A stretch of DNA of 63,665 nt, filler included, from Hyphochytrium catenoides (GCA_900088475.1; 5 parts of 5 records of this genome joined end to end with filler, not necessarily neighbours in it); one strand, 5' to 3'; positions 26,764 through 39,800 are shown, counted from the whole stretch's first letter. The notes: generated from the letters alone by a model not told the origin. Numbers and translations: made by a program.

Positions 26764-29700
26764 ATGGAGACCGTTCCCTCCACGACAGCAGACTTCCTTT
26801 GTGAAGGCTATCTCTTCAAAAAGAGCCACGTTATTCACGTCTGGAGGAGGTGAGTAATGTGATTTCTCTCTCTCCCTCTTTCTCTCTCTCTCTCTCTCTC
26901 TCTCCTCCCTCCCTCTTCTTCTTGCTGTCTCTCTTTTAACCTTCGCTCTTTCTTTCTTTCTGGCTGTTAGTTGTCTTCACCCATTCCCCCCTCGTGACAC
27001 TACTTCTTCTGTTCAAGAAGAGGCAGGGCACTGCTATAATTCCTCTGTCGCTGTTACTCGTGCTTTCTTCTTTTGCGCTGTGTCTTTTCCTTTCTCTCCG
27101 TGTCTCTCTCACTCCTTATCTTCTCCGCGTTAACAATGACTCCAGGCGGTACTGTCGGCTGCTCACTGATGGATGTAAGTGATTGACTGCTGTGCAGACG
27201 TAGAGAGATCCTGCCGTCCCTCTCTTTCTCATTCTCTCGCCTTTCGTGGCACGTCCTCTTTCCGCCCTTACTCCCAAGTATCAGCTTTTTTATCTCTCTG
27301 CAGTCTTTCGACTCCCGTCCCTACACTTGCAGCTCTTTGTCCATCGCACCTCGTATTCTCTCTCTCAACCATCTGTCCTCTTCTCTCTCTGTCACTCTCT
27401 CTTCGTCGCTCTCTCCCTCTCTTCCTGTCTCTCCCTCTTCCTTCTCTCTCTCTCTTCCTTCTCTCTCTCTCTCTCTCTTCCTTCTCTCTCTTCCTCTTCA
27501 GTGGTGTTCATGTCTCTCCTTTTGGAATGCACTTCCTTCACCATCTATCCCTCATTGACTTTCATTTTCTCCCGTCTTTTCCCGCCATCATCCCTCCTTT
27601 CAATCGCCCAGCCTTCCTCTATTGGAGCAATGAGCAAAGCACCAAGAAGAAGCCAAGGGCGGTGCTAAAGGTGTCTCGCTGGCACGATTGGGATGGGCGC
27701 CTGCACCATCTGCCAGGCTCCAAGGCGGCCAAGTATCCCATGGCCTTCGCCTCAGGTAAAGACCTCTTCTGTCTCTCTGGCCCTTGGTTAGCCTTCTTCT
27801 TCCGGTTCTTCTCCTGTCCTGCATCCTTTACCTCTGTGTTTCATCTTTCTCTTACTGCCTATCGCCTTGCACTTTCTCTCTCTCTGTTTATTACCGGTAT
27901 GTGCGTCTGTCTCTTTGGCTCTCACCTCGACGGCAGGTCGCCTTGAACACCTTTTGCATGCAATCGCCCTCCTCACTTGATTCTCTCTCTCTAACCCCGC
28001 TGTCCCTTGCCTTCTCTATCAACCTCCTGTACCCTCTCCGCTCCCTCCTCCCATATGAAGAAAAAGGAACCATCATCTTGCTCTTTAGTCTAACCCTCGA
28101 AGATGACATTAGATGGACATCACGACTGAGAGAAGTCTGCAATAGACTCAGACCTCCGCCCGCCCTCCAACCCATGTCCGACGAAGCTACTCCTGTGGAT
28201 AATGAAGGTAATACCTCACCGACGGGTGAGAGAGAGCCAGGCAACGGAATTTATTTGGTGATACGGAGATCTTAGAGAGGAAGTGAGATCGAGTAAGAAA
28301 GAGAGGTCAAAATATGGCATAGCCTGGGCCCGGAAGAGAGGAAGGCCGAGATAGAGATAGAAGGAAAGAGGGTAGAGAGACGGAGAGCTAGAGGGAGTGA
28401 GACGACAAAGAGACAGAACGGAGATACGCAGGGTTCAGACTAGGAAACGTATAACACTATCTCTCGAGAGACGAGAGAGCTACTGATACTGTTTCTTTGC
28501 ACATTTTCTCATTCTCAGTCTCTCGGTCTCTCTCTCTCTCACTCATACACTCACACGCAGTCGATGGTTTCTCTTTCCTATTGCTCTCTTGTAGAAATAT
28601 CACTGCAGGACGAAGAAGATCCAGGAGACGTCGAAGCGTCAGGGGAAGGCCTCGAGGACGCTCTCTGTTCTTCAATCTACCATGCCAAAGAGGACGCCAC
28701 GCGCTCATTAGAGACCCAGATTGAACTTCGTGAAAGAAATCCTGCCTTCTCGAGGGAAAAAAGAGGCTGCTTGCACGACACAGAAGGAGAGCCAGGGACG
28801 ACTATTTCCCATTTTCTTCTACGTCTGGCGCTGCTTTGCGGAGACCTTAGAAGCATCGGTCGCCTTTCTCAAGTTTGCAAAAGTTGGCATGAGACCCTAT
28901 CTCTTCCTCACCGAAGAAGGCAAGAGATAATGAGAGAGAGGATCGTCGACGTCCGCACAGCTTCAGAGAAGGAGAGATCTGATCTCTTTCTCTTATCCTC
29001 TCTATGGACGTGGGCAGCTGTCTACAGCCCTCTTCATCTTTCTCCTCCTGCTTTCGGATATCTTTGGCTCTCCCTCTGTCAATCCTACTACCCCACCACC
29101 AAGCTCAACACCTTTCTATCCGCCCTTCGAACGCCAATTGAGGAGAATATGCAGAGAAAAATATGGACAGATGTTAACCGGACCTATGGGGTGGTCGCCC
29201 CTCACAAGCGAAGAGATCCATCTCTCTCTCTCCCTCGGTATGGACTCAAAGGGGACAGCGATCTGATGGTTAAGAAAGAGAGGTTAGCAAGGGTAGTCAG
29301 CGCGATGGTAGTGCTCTTTCCTCAGATTGGCTACTGTCAAGGCATGGACTATATCATTGCGCACTTTATCGCTAACACCTGCGATGGGACGGAACAAGAC
29401 AACGAGAGACAGGAAAGAGACCGAAGGCAAGATGCCGAGACTATGGAGACAGGTGAAACTTGTTCTGGAGGCCCGATAGCTGGTCAAGAAGAAAAGGAGG
29501 CAAAAGCCGTCCAGCTAGAAAAGGAGGCAAAAGCCGTCCAGCTAGCCTTCTATCTCTTCGAAGATCTGGACATGAAATCCTGCTTCCAACCGGGCCTAAC
29601 TAAAATCCTGGAGCTCTGCTTCATCTTCGACAAGCTCTGCGAAAGACAACTGCCGAAGCTATACTCCCACTTTCAGTCGGTGGGCGTCTTCGTTGAGATG

Positions 29701-29885
29701 TTTGCAGTCGGCTGGTTCCAGACTCTTTTTCTTTATATAGACGCAATGAGCTCTCACACTATTAATCGGTTGTGGACCGTGCTGTTTCTGGAGGGAGAGC
29801 TGACCTTCGTCTTGCGAGTAGGGTTAGCGGTGCTGCAGCTGAGTGAGAAGAGCTTGTTATCGAGAGACATTGATGGCGTTATGAG
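26764..29885 (+). CDS. PH domain + F-box-like motif + TBC (Rab-GAP) protein, at least 5 exons, 3' end truncated
   Basis: Spliced N-terminus CEGYLFKKSHVIHVWRRRYCRL..FLYWSNE..DIRWTSRL (PH), then LRSIGRLSQVCKSWHE (F-box-like), IWTDVNRT and YCQGM (TBC Arg and Gln fingers), LPKLYSHF..WFQTLF. Confidence 0.88.
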
Positions 29886-29937
29886 GTGAGTGAATAAGAA
29901 AAAAGTAAAAACAGAAAGAAAGAAAGAGAGAGAGAGA

Positions 29938-30037
29938 NNNNNNNNNNNNNNNNNNNNNNNNNNNNNNNNNNNNNNNNNNNNTTAATTAATTAANNNNNNN
30001 NNNNNNNNNNNNNNNNNNNNNNNNNNNNNNNNNNNNN
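29938..30037. other. Artificial contig spacer
   Basis: 44 N + TTAATTAATTAA + 44 N. Confidence 0.97.
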
Positions 30038-30377
30038 AGTGACTACTGTACTACTGACAACGAACATAGTAGCACTCAACACTTCTTCCGCAACTCGGGA
30101 TTGTCCCGTCCACATCCGTCGTAAGACAAAGTCTACTTTCCGGGGAGGACAAGGCGGAGGTCGACGGACACTCAGGAAGTCTGGACCTGCGGGGAAGTGT
30201 TGAGAGCAGAAGCTGACAAGAGCTCTAAAAAGGCTCACAGTTCCAGACTCTATCTGACAAGAGGAAGAAGGCAAAAAACAAAGTGTTTCAGAGTTATGAT
30301 AACTAGGTTATTATCATCAGGTAAGTCATCATATGACGTCAAGAAGTAGTAACTGGGTCTAGTAGTTTATACGAGAC

Positions 30378-30648
30378 ACAGTTACTCTTCAGAAGAACTA
30401 GACAACGTGATAACTAGGAAAGAGGGTCCCATAAGCTCTTCATACTCACTTCGAGTATATCAGTAGACCACATAACCTAAATAAGAGTGTCTTCAAATCC
30501 CATACATTATAACAGTTACTCTCCAGAACAACTAGACAACGTGATAACTAGGAAGCAGGGTCCCATAAGCTCTTCATACTCACTTCGAGCATATCAGTAG
30601 ACCACATAACCAAAATAAGAGTGTCTTCAAATCCCATACATTATAACA
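30378..30648. repeat. Tandem duplication, 2 x 134 bp
   Basis: ACAGTTACTCT..CAAATCCCATACATTATA starts at 30378 and 30512, with few mismatches. Confidence 0.95.
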
Positions 30649-30649
30649 A

Positions 30650-31093
30650 GATACTCAGTCATAGAGATATTATTCTTGTCCAAACCAGTCGGTCCTGAAG
30701 GTATTCCAGCGTAATGACCATAAGCCATAGATATAAACAGAGGCATCTCGTTTGCTTCATATCTCAACTTCTTTTGGAGTTTGGAGCTGGAACTTGGGTA
30801 GCTAAGCTCCCCAGATTGTAACCCACATAGCTGTGCCCTCAGACTCCAACATAGCTACCCAAGTTCCAGCCTTCGAACTCCCTTTCCTGCAGAAGATGAG
30901 ATATGAAGCAAACGAAATGTTCCTGACCATATCTATGGCTAATGATTGCCAGTGATGAGTTTAAGGAGCTGGATGGCAATGCCTGAAGTTTCTGGATGAG
31001 TACGATTTCATTGTATCACTACCTGGGGTCCGTACTCCGCAATATCTTAAGGACTGACTTTTCTAGACATGAACACCAGTATGACTGAATATC
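30650..31093. mobile_element. Long imperfect inverted repeat (foldback/MITE-like) within the copia relic
   Basis: Inner arms 30723-30804 and 30852-30940 are reverse complementary (e.g. TCGTTTGCTTCATATCTCA and GCTGGAACTTGGGTAGCTA). Outer pairs: GATACTCAGTCATA / TATGACTGAATATC and AGTCGGTCCTGAAGGTATT / AATATCTTAAGGACTGACT. Confidence 0.8.
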
Positions 31094-31711
31094 CTAGGGT
31101 AGGTATAGCTGGAGAGCCAGGATAACTATAGTGTGTGGGACCCCAGGTGGACTTATAGCTGGAGCGCTCTCATCTAATGACATTGTCCAATCAATCCATA
31201 CAAATATAACATGTTCCTAACGGGTTTGGCTTCTCAAACCAGCTGCCCATCCTACTAGCCAGGACAACAAGAGCACGATTGCTCTGTGCCCCTCTTCACA
31301 ATCAGCAATGTCGAAGACACTAGACGGCAAGCACTGTGTCTCTTGCAAGAGAATTAGCAGTGGGAGAATCAAGCTGGTCTATGCTCCCTCTGCAGCCACG
31401 GTAGCAGAACATTGCCTCACCAAGCCCTTACCCCGCCGCTTCTCCTTTCAGACACAGCGTCCTCACCTTGGAGCTCTCCCTCCTAATACTAGCATTCCTC
31501 CTCCTACCCACGATTTCCGTCTGGGGGGGAAGAGTAAGTGTGACCAACAATTTTGGTGATGTGTTAAGTAGACCGCCACCACTGATGATTCAGAGAGGCT
31601 AGGTAGTATGCCGGAGAGTGTTAACTACTCCTACAAGTTTCGTTGTCAGTGTTGTCACTCCCTATACACTCGTCCTAGCTTTCAGCGATACACACGTTAC
31701 CCGTACAACTG

Positions 31712-31959
31712 TGTTATGGGAACGAGAGAAGAAGCGACGAGAAGGAAGGATTCCATGAACTCTTCCTTGTAAACGGTAGAGCACAGAGGAGAGAGAGACA
31801 TAGTAAGGGAAGCTGTGACGACGCGAAGATCTGCAGAGGAGCAGGGATTAATTCTATCTTATGATCCATTCACTCACAGAAATTTCGTCATATAATCACC
31901 ATTCCCAAGTCCGCTTCTCATCGTCTCATCATCTAGCTTGTACTCACACACTTCAGACA
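31712..31959 (+). repeat. Solo-LTR-like segment (copy A)
   Basis: TG..CA bounded; shares collinear motifs with 33092-33364 (CTTGTAAACG.TAGAG, AGATCTGCAG, TCTATCT, TCTAGCTTGT). Confidence 0.4.
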
Positions 31960-32583
31960 TTGCCATCCATTCTGTAAAAACTCATCAGACTAGACAGCCC
32001 AGTGTTGACCCCGGAAGGATAAGGCTCTCACTCTCTATCTAGTGGCATTCAATCTTCCAATCTTCTCGTATTTCACTGCTTCGAAGCCGCCTACAACAGG
32101 GAGACTCTATCTCCCGTGGGATTAACAACACTGAGACAACATCATCTGACCCGGGAGCCATCAAGAAAGCGGCCCTAAGTGGTAATAGTAAGTAGTGTAT
32201 CTACCATCCACCATTATTTCAATACAAGGCACTGTATGGAAGTACACATGCAGCCAGTAATATTATTGATTCTAAACATGTAGTCTTTAAGGTCACTAGT
32301 GTTCAACTGCTGTCCGGTACTTGTACACTGGAGCACGTTACCTGAACAGCACCCCCATGGATAATCACATCATCGCATCGGCTACCTACCATTGGGACAA
32401 AGGCCCACTACTAGTCTATGCTCTAATTGTTTAATGAATCCATGCCAGGATATTGGTCAAGATATCCCCGTCCTATGAATCCCTTGTTGAACTGTGATCG
32501 ACGCTGAACCAAAAAGCGTACAGCGGACGACTCCGAGGGGAAAAACCCTTGGTTTATAAACAAGAACGGAGATTAGTTAAAGT

Positions 32584-32672
32584 GTACGTTTGGTGTATGG
32601 TGCATACTGGTTATTAGGGTGCTGGCATCAAAGACAGAGGAGAGGTCCTGGGTTCGAATACCGGCGCGTACA
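32584..32672 (+). pseudogene. tRNA-derived pseudogene or SINE head
   Basis: A-box-like TGGTGTATGG, AGGTC + B-box GGTTCGAAT, acceptor pairing GTACGT/GCGTAC, TTTT about 5 nt downstream. The anticodon arm does not fold properly. Confidence 0.55.
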
Positions 32673-33091
32673 GAACTTTTCTCCGGTATATCCAGACACC
32701 CCCAATAATAATGCAAAGTGCTCATTTCCAAGATGATACCCCAACAGATCCCCGTCCTTTTGAATGTGCAGGTCATCTTGATATAATACCTGTGCCACAA
32801 TGACAGTTCTTTGGCGTTTTTTGCCTTTTCTTGCATTTCTTGTGTAGCCCAACTTGTCTGTTTCCAGGCATTCACCTTCCAGAACATCCCTGTACCCTAC
32901 TTTGCGAGCTTTTGTCTCAACTTTGATTCTGTCATGCGAGTTTGTTGATTTGTTGCCATCATCGATTCGTTTTCCCGCCGATATACCATGGGGCTCTTCC
33001 AGCGATTGAGAAGCCGATCGAATGAAACTCAGACTCTTTATTATCGACCCCCTCAGAGCGCGCCAGCGCATCCTCGCCAGCACACTGACTA

Positions 33092-33364
33092 TGTCTTGGA
33101 TAGGCTGGCTACCCGACCCCTCACCCTAACAGAACCGAGATGGTTTTAGGGAATTCTGTGTACTATTATTGCTTGTAAACGCTAGAGAAGAGAGATGAGG
33201 AGGGCTGGGGGGGCGAGGCTAGAGATCTGCAGCAAACGAGCTAGTAGAGTCTATCTCATTCAGTAAGGTTCCAATGAATCATCATTACTACCAAGAAGTC
33301 CCTTGTGATCCGTTTATCTTCTTCTAGCTTGTGCTTCGAAAGATAGAAGCCTGAGGCACCGACA
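33092..33364 (+). repeat. Solo-LTR-like segment (copy B)
   Basis: TGTC..GACA termini; patchy collinear similarity to 31712-31959. Confidence 0.4.
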
Positions 33365-33860
33365 TCATCCATGTCTGTTATATAAGCTTATTAGAAATCA
33401 TCTGCCTATTGTAGTGATAATAAATAGAGATGTCAGACTTAACGCTGGCCATTAAGTTGTTAGTTTGGGCCTGCCTTCGTCGTTCAGTAGTGATACGGCA
33501 GTCGTAATAGTGCACGCATCATTCCATATATGATGTGCTGATTACGCACAATTAACTCCGGGCAAGATCTAGGGAAACCCTAAAGCTATTGAAATATTAG
33601 AGAGAGCATCAAGATCGTGCCTTCTTAATGGGTGTCAAGGTTGAATATTGTGCCACTGCACCTGATAGAATAGAGGTCAGGGTTCGACTCCATAGAAGGA
33701 AGGTAGTTCTACAGGAGGATGTCTGCGAAGTTTTCACTATATACCCCACTGCACAAGCGCCGTACTTAAGAGTCTTTCTCTGCAGATTCTTACTTATTGG
33801 TTTTTTTATACCCAATACAGGGCTCCGGTAGGTATAGAGAAGACCTGAAGTTTGGTAGCC

Positions 33861-36800
33861 TCACTCCCCATCCCTGTGGTCCGTTGCGCCTTCCTTAAGC
33901 TCGCTCTGGAGGTCTTCGACGTGCTTCTTGAGTATATATTTTACACCTTTCTGCACCTGCTTTCCTGGGTACTGCTGCTCGTCCTCAAACATGTCGTACA
34001 CGCTTACCCAGACGTTTGACATGACCTACCCCATAGAAGGTTTGACTTAGAGAGAGTTTACCCTGTGTCATGGAATATCATGGGACGGAGGAGGAGGCTA
34101 CACAGATTACATGACGGGACAAAGAAGAACAAGAAGAGCGAACGGAAGAGGAAAAGGTCCATGACGAGGGCATCCAAAAATCTGAGCACAACGCAATGTG
34201 TCTACCTTTCGTACGACGTCAATGGGGTCAAGTCCTGCGGCCAGGGTAGGCGGCTGGGGTCCCTCATTCTGACAAGAAACAAGCGGGATGAGCGTTTGGT
34301 AGAGTGACCCGAACTTCCTAACGGGAATTTCAGGAGAATACAGCCAAGGGCTAGGGAGATTAGGAACTGCAGGGTAAGGCATCCATTCACAATCTCCAAG
34401 TACGGCTGGTAAAGAAAGCAGGGGCGAGAAGTACAGTACCGCTCTAGCCGCCGCGCTTTCTGCTTCTTTTTTCCAGTGCTCCACTTCCTCTTCCAAGTGT
34501 TCCACTTGCGACTTTAGCTGTTGCAGCTCCTGACTGTTGGCACTAAGAAATGAAGAGATGATAAGAGTTTACATGGAACTGGGCGAGGATGGAGTTTGAG
34601 CACGATTCAGGTGAGAAAAGAATTGGAACAAGGGAAGAGGGAAGCTAAGACTGGGTGAGCAAGGTCACCTGCAAAGGGCTACGGATTGCCAGACGAAGTT
34701 CGCCGTAGAGAGAAAGGCCAGAGCCCGCATTAAGGTGGGATCAATATGAAGCTAGGGATCACAAGGCAGCGTAACTCGAAGACAAAAGGAGCCAATCATA
34801 CTACGAGGACGAGGTACAGGGTTTTCTACCTTGGGCTCCTAGGGGATAGAGGTGGCTTAGAAGGGGTTTCCAAAGGCGGTGTAGGTCCCCTGGCTGCTCT
34901 TTCCGTGATTAATTTTTGAACCTCCTCCTCCTTGTCCTTGAGCTGCCTTTTCAAACTCTCGATTTCCTTACCATCATCACTACTCTCATTCTGGTCCAGT
35001 TCTCGTCTACGGAGCTCAGCAACTTCCTCTGAAATTGCTGCTAACGCCTCTTCCTTCTCTCTCAGCTGTCGTTCTAAGGCCTCTTCTCTCTGCGCCATCA
35101 CCTTCTCCATTTCTTCCCTCTCCACATATTTCTCGTGGTCGAAGTCCTCCTTCTGTTCTCGGAGCGCTTTCATCGCGCTTTGCTCCTCAGCGAGGTGACT
35201 TTGCAGCTGTTGGTTCTCTAAAGGAAGAAGCGGGTTACCAAGGTGCAGCGAGGAACCTCTTCATGGAAGTGTAGAGTGCCAAGAGTTGCGAGCTGAAGGG
35301 CATGACAGCGAGCCGGGCACACCCCAGTCTGAGTACTATTGCAAATTGATGGAAGATGCGAGGAAGGAAAAGAACATGGGCCTTCCTACCTCCCAGGAGT
35401 TTCTGATATTTCTCCATGACATCTGACAACTGAGCCTGAAGTTGCTGGAGTTCTTCTACCGTCTTCTCTCTATTGCTCGTCTCAAGCCGGAGCTGATCTA
35501 CATGCTGGGAGAGCTGCGAGATCTACACAATTAAGAACGCTGACGTGACTTCGACAGATAAATGGCCAGAAGTGGGGCACTGCGACAAACACACCTTAAC
35601 CGAGAAACACAGGCCTTCAACACTCAAACCAAGCGGAAAGAAAGAGCTATTTTACTAAGAGAATAAGATACGGCCCTATTCCGCGAAGAAGTGATAGACA
35701 AAGAAACCCTAAGACACGTACTTTTTTCTCGTAGTCCTCTTTGAGGTCGTTGAGTTGGCTCTGTGAGTGCCCCGCCGCCAAGATGGCTGAGCGTTCGTAT
35801 TGAGACTCTACATCTTGAAGCTTCGTCTCTAGCTGTTGTCGGGCCTGTAAAACATCAGGAAAAGCAATATAAGCGGATAAAAGTGAAGAACAGTTACAGG
35901 GAGTCTCGAGGGGATTGCTTGAAGACAGACAAGTTAACGCTAAGTCCGGCAATGAAATGGTGAGTGGAGAAAAATAAGGTCCAGAGGAGGTGAAACAATG
36001 TGTTAATGCTAGCAGACCTATCAAGGCAAATATAACAAGTTCTACCTCTCTCTCGCGCTGAAGCTCTGCCTCCGCCTGCTGGCGTGAAAATCTTTCTGCA
36101 TCCAACGCCATGGTATCAGACGCAGAGTTATTTGCCTTGTGGAGTTGGTAGCTGCGAAAGAGTAAAAGTGGCTCATGAACAGCGTATCCACGGGACATTT
36201 CTAGTAGAGTAAAGAGAAAGAGAGTGTAACGAACGCAGGATGGAATTGTAGGGATAGGCCCGACAAGAATAGGATTTCTGCACCAACAACGACTCTCATC
36301 TGTCGGATTCAGGGCGTAGCTATGGAGCCACGAATTTGTAAGAGTGGCAAGGGAGGGAGCCATAAAGACACAGAACAGCGCATACTCGGAGGGATGGTTA
36401 GGAAGACTAGATCTTACAGCGTCTCCTGAAGCTCCGATCGCAGCCTGAGCGCCTCTGATTCTGCCGCTTGCTTTTCCATCCGTAGAGCCGCCAGCTGTCC
36501 TTGAGAAGCCTAAAGTTGAAGACATAAAAAGGCGGGGGACAAGTAAGCAAGCTGGCAGTCAGACAAGAAGTGTCATTGCGAGACGGCATCATCTGAGGTA
36601 AGAGAGTGGCGGCGCTCTTCCAGTCCTGTCTCACAGACTCCCTGTATCTAAAGACCTACCTCTGCCGATAGAAGCTTCTCTCTGAGACCACTGATTTCTA
36701 GCTGCTGGTTCTGAGTTCTCTCCATATACTCATGCAGCCGACGCTCTAAGTGACCTAGAGGTAGATAAATAAGGCAGCAACGACCACGAAGGCGTCAAGG

Positions 36801-39800
36801 CCGTTGCCAGCACTTGCACATGTACAAGCTATTCTCGATACTCTCTCTTGTCCGGCTATACATAACACAACGTTCTAGAACCTGAATTCCCTGTCTCTTT
36901 TACACTGTTCTCACCAGTGTCGTCTCCGCAAAGCCGGGACTCTCTCTCTCCCTCCTCTATAATCTACTCTACCATCGGTGGTAATACCTGTGCTACCCTG
37001 TCGGTCCGACAGTTCTCTGCTGAGTCTGTCATTATCGAAAACTAAGCGTTCTATCGACTTCATTAGAAGGGAAGGACTGAGCTCCCCGCCACCGACAGAC
37101 GAAGAGAACTCTCGGCCATACGGAGAGGAGGTAGTGAACCCGTTGTATGACTGGAGGGAGGTATGCTGGGTTCCTCTCATTAAGCGGTCCACCTGACAGA
37201 AAATGCACATGGACAGAGCGTGGAGAAGAGATATTAAATGCTATTATGAGTGGTCCGAGTCCATACACATGTCTGATAAGGAGATAGCTTAGTCCCCATC
37301 GTGACCGGTAAGAAGTTTAAGTGAGATGAACAGAGGACGAAGATGCAAGATAGACAGGCCCATGAACAGGCTTGAGGCCATCAATAGCTCGTCGTATGTG
37401 GCTCTGGGGCCTGGATAGTACGAAGAAGGTGGCAGTCGATCAACCTTGGCATTGACGTCTTCCACAGTCTGCTGGATTGATGAAGTGGTTCGCTGGAGCT
37501 GGTACATTATCTATCACAGGAGACAAAGTGAGATTGGTTGACACGAAAGGACGAAGTACTATCGTAGGAAATGGGTTTATGAAGCCAGAAGATAATGCCA
37601 AATTATTGCTTAGAATATTGAGAGACTAGGAGGACCGTGGTGTCAACGTGACGGTAACACCACTTACCGACGGGTCTGCAGACATTGGACTGGGCATGTA
37701 GAGAGCTTGTGGAGGAGGCATTAGGGCTGGGGTACAGAGAGCAGCAAAAAAGGAACGAACTTAGAAGAACGAATGTAGAACGATTTACTGTTACTGGCGG
37801 TCAGCGTCATCACGGAAGGGAGAGAGAAGCGACAGCGTGGGAGAAGATGGCAAAAGAAACATTGGAAAATTGCATCGGAAGATGTCGATAAAGCAGACAC
37901 GAAGATGTAAGGGATTCTACCTGGAGAGGGAAAGCCCTGTGGTTGAGGAAAGGAGGTTAATGGAGGATAGTACGGAGGCTGCATGTACGACCCTGGCTGC
38001 TGCTGTGCGGGACTAGGCGACGATTGCTGCTGCTGTTGCTCCCTTTGCTTGGCAAGTTGTTCTCTCTCCTTTTCCAGCTCTCTCCTCTGCTTTTCTACAT
38101 CATCCAATAGCATCTTTTGTCTCATCTCCTCCAAAGCCTTTCGCTCCTCCTATGGAACGATAACGATCTACTGAGCGCGACCATACCACATGGAGATGAA
38201 AGGGCAACCAAGGAAGGGAAAGGAGGAGAGGGCAAGAAAAGCGCTCATAATTGGGAACTTCCAGACGGTGTGGGCAGAAATAGCTGGTTGAAGGATAACT
38301 TGTGCGTCTGTCATGATACTCTTACGCCTAATTCTTGTCTATGTCGGTAGAGCAGCAGATCGTGTGCTGAGAGACTCTGTGCATCGTAAGGAACCTAGCA
38401 AGAGATACGAAGGGAGAAAAGGAGCCATGCAGTGTGAGCAGCTATGGTAACGTCCGTTACCTCTCTTCTGGCCCATCTTCGGTCCTGCCATACCCGGCGC
38501 CTTCCCACCAGCATTCCGGTGTCTCTTTATGTCTTCCCCAAACTCTAAGACCCTAGTACTTCATCCCTACCAGTGGCCCTGTGTCTGACGCTTTTCTGTG
38601 CTGAACCTCCTGAGCCACGGAAGCCGGGTTAAGTGTGAGATCTGACTTGGATCCTGCCCTAGCAAGCTTCGCCATTCGATTCAGAATGGACTCATCTCTC
38701 TGCAGTGCCGAAAGACATGTGTAGGCGAAAAGAAAGGCAGAACTTTAGTTGGAGGAAGACTAATGCCAGGCCACATAGCTCTATGACCGCTTTAAAGACG
38801 GTGGAGGTTGAAGGCTAGCCTTAGAGAATATTTCAGAGCACATAGCGTGAGAAGAGATGTGCAGATCCGCGAAGGAAGCCTCAGGGTGAAGAAAGGATGA
38901 AGTAAGACATCTCGCCCAAACTCTGGTGCCATTGGTAATCCACCAGACACATTTCACACAGCGGAAGTCAGAGAGATCTAGGAAGCGAAACGTGTGGCTA
39001 CCTGGTCCGAGCCCCCTCCTATAGGGAGCTGCGGGATGGGTGGTGCCGATTTTTCTTCCCTCTCCCCTTTCTTTCCTGTCCTAGCCTTGGCCACCTCCAC
39101 CTCCACCAACACCCTGGCGTGGCCAACGGGTACTCCTTAGATACTTAGTGACAAAAAGGAAGTAGAGCAGAACAAGAAGACAAGAGGAGAAGAATAATTG
39201 TGGAAAAGACAAGAGCTTCGAGGAAGAATGGATGAAGGCAGTCCGAACCATGCTCCTTTGCGTGAGAGAGAGGGCGGGATGAGAACGATTCGCTTGCTGC
39301 CTTTTGCCATTCCAACAATGCCTTCCTCCAAGCCAATCACCGGCTCGTGGCCCTCCCCAATCTTCACCTTTCGGACATTAGCCTGCGGTGACAGGAGGTT
39401 TAGTCAAATGAGCGCACTGAAGAGACAATTCGCATGCGCTGGAAAGAAAGAACGAAGGGAAAGGCTTGCCACAGCCACTGGCTAGACGTAAGCCACGTAA
39501 GGGCCGGAGAAATAGAAGTAAGAAGTACCACAACGTCGGGGCAAGAAAAGTGGCGTGACGAGGCGCTATACAAAGCGAAGCAACGCAGTCTGAATACTGT
39601 TGTCGGGAAAGGAAAGAAGGTGTACAAGCTCCGTGTGACCAATGAAACGGAAGCCGATAATAATGAGAGCAAGCAGTGAGACAGAAAGAGATGAGACAGT
39701 GGGCGACGAGAGCGAAGAGTAGGACCTAGGCGATAGGAAAGATATGAAGGTAAATGCCAGACTCACAGGAGGCATGCTTTGCTCGAAGGGCGGAACGGAA

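Larger units (their letters stand above)
30100..31707 (+). mobile_element. Highly decayed Ty1/copia relic (RT and RNase H remnants, PPT, probable 3' LTR)
   Basis: LRKS..AGKC*EQKLTRALKRL (RT-like), SWRAR, QDNKSTIAL and IKLVYAPS..LTKPL (copia RNase H). Purine tract GGGGGGGAAGAG at ~31523-31534 is followed by an LTR-sized segment ending TACA at ~31707. Confidence 0.7.

Noticed and set aside
25964-28275. Long Leu/Ser or Arg/Glu ORFs (also 47752-53539)
   Set aside because: They are translations of (CT)n/(GA)n repeats, which lack stop codons.
32573-33083. ORFs of 104 and 151 aa on the minus strand
   Set aside because: No recognisable motifs; they overlap a tRNA-like relic within TE debris.
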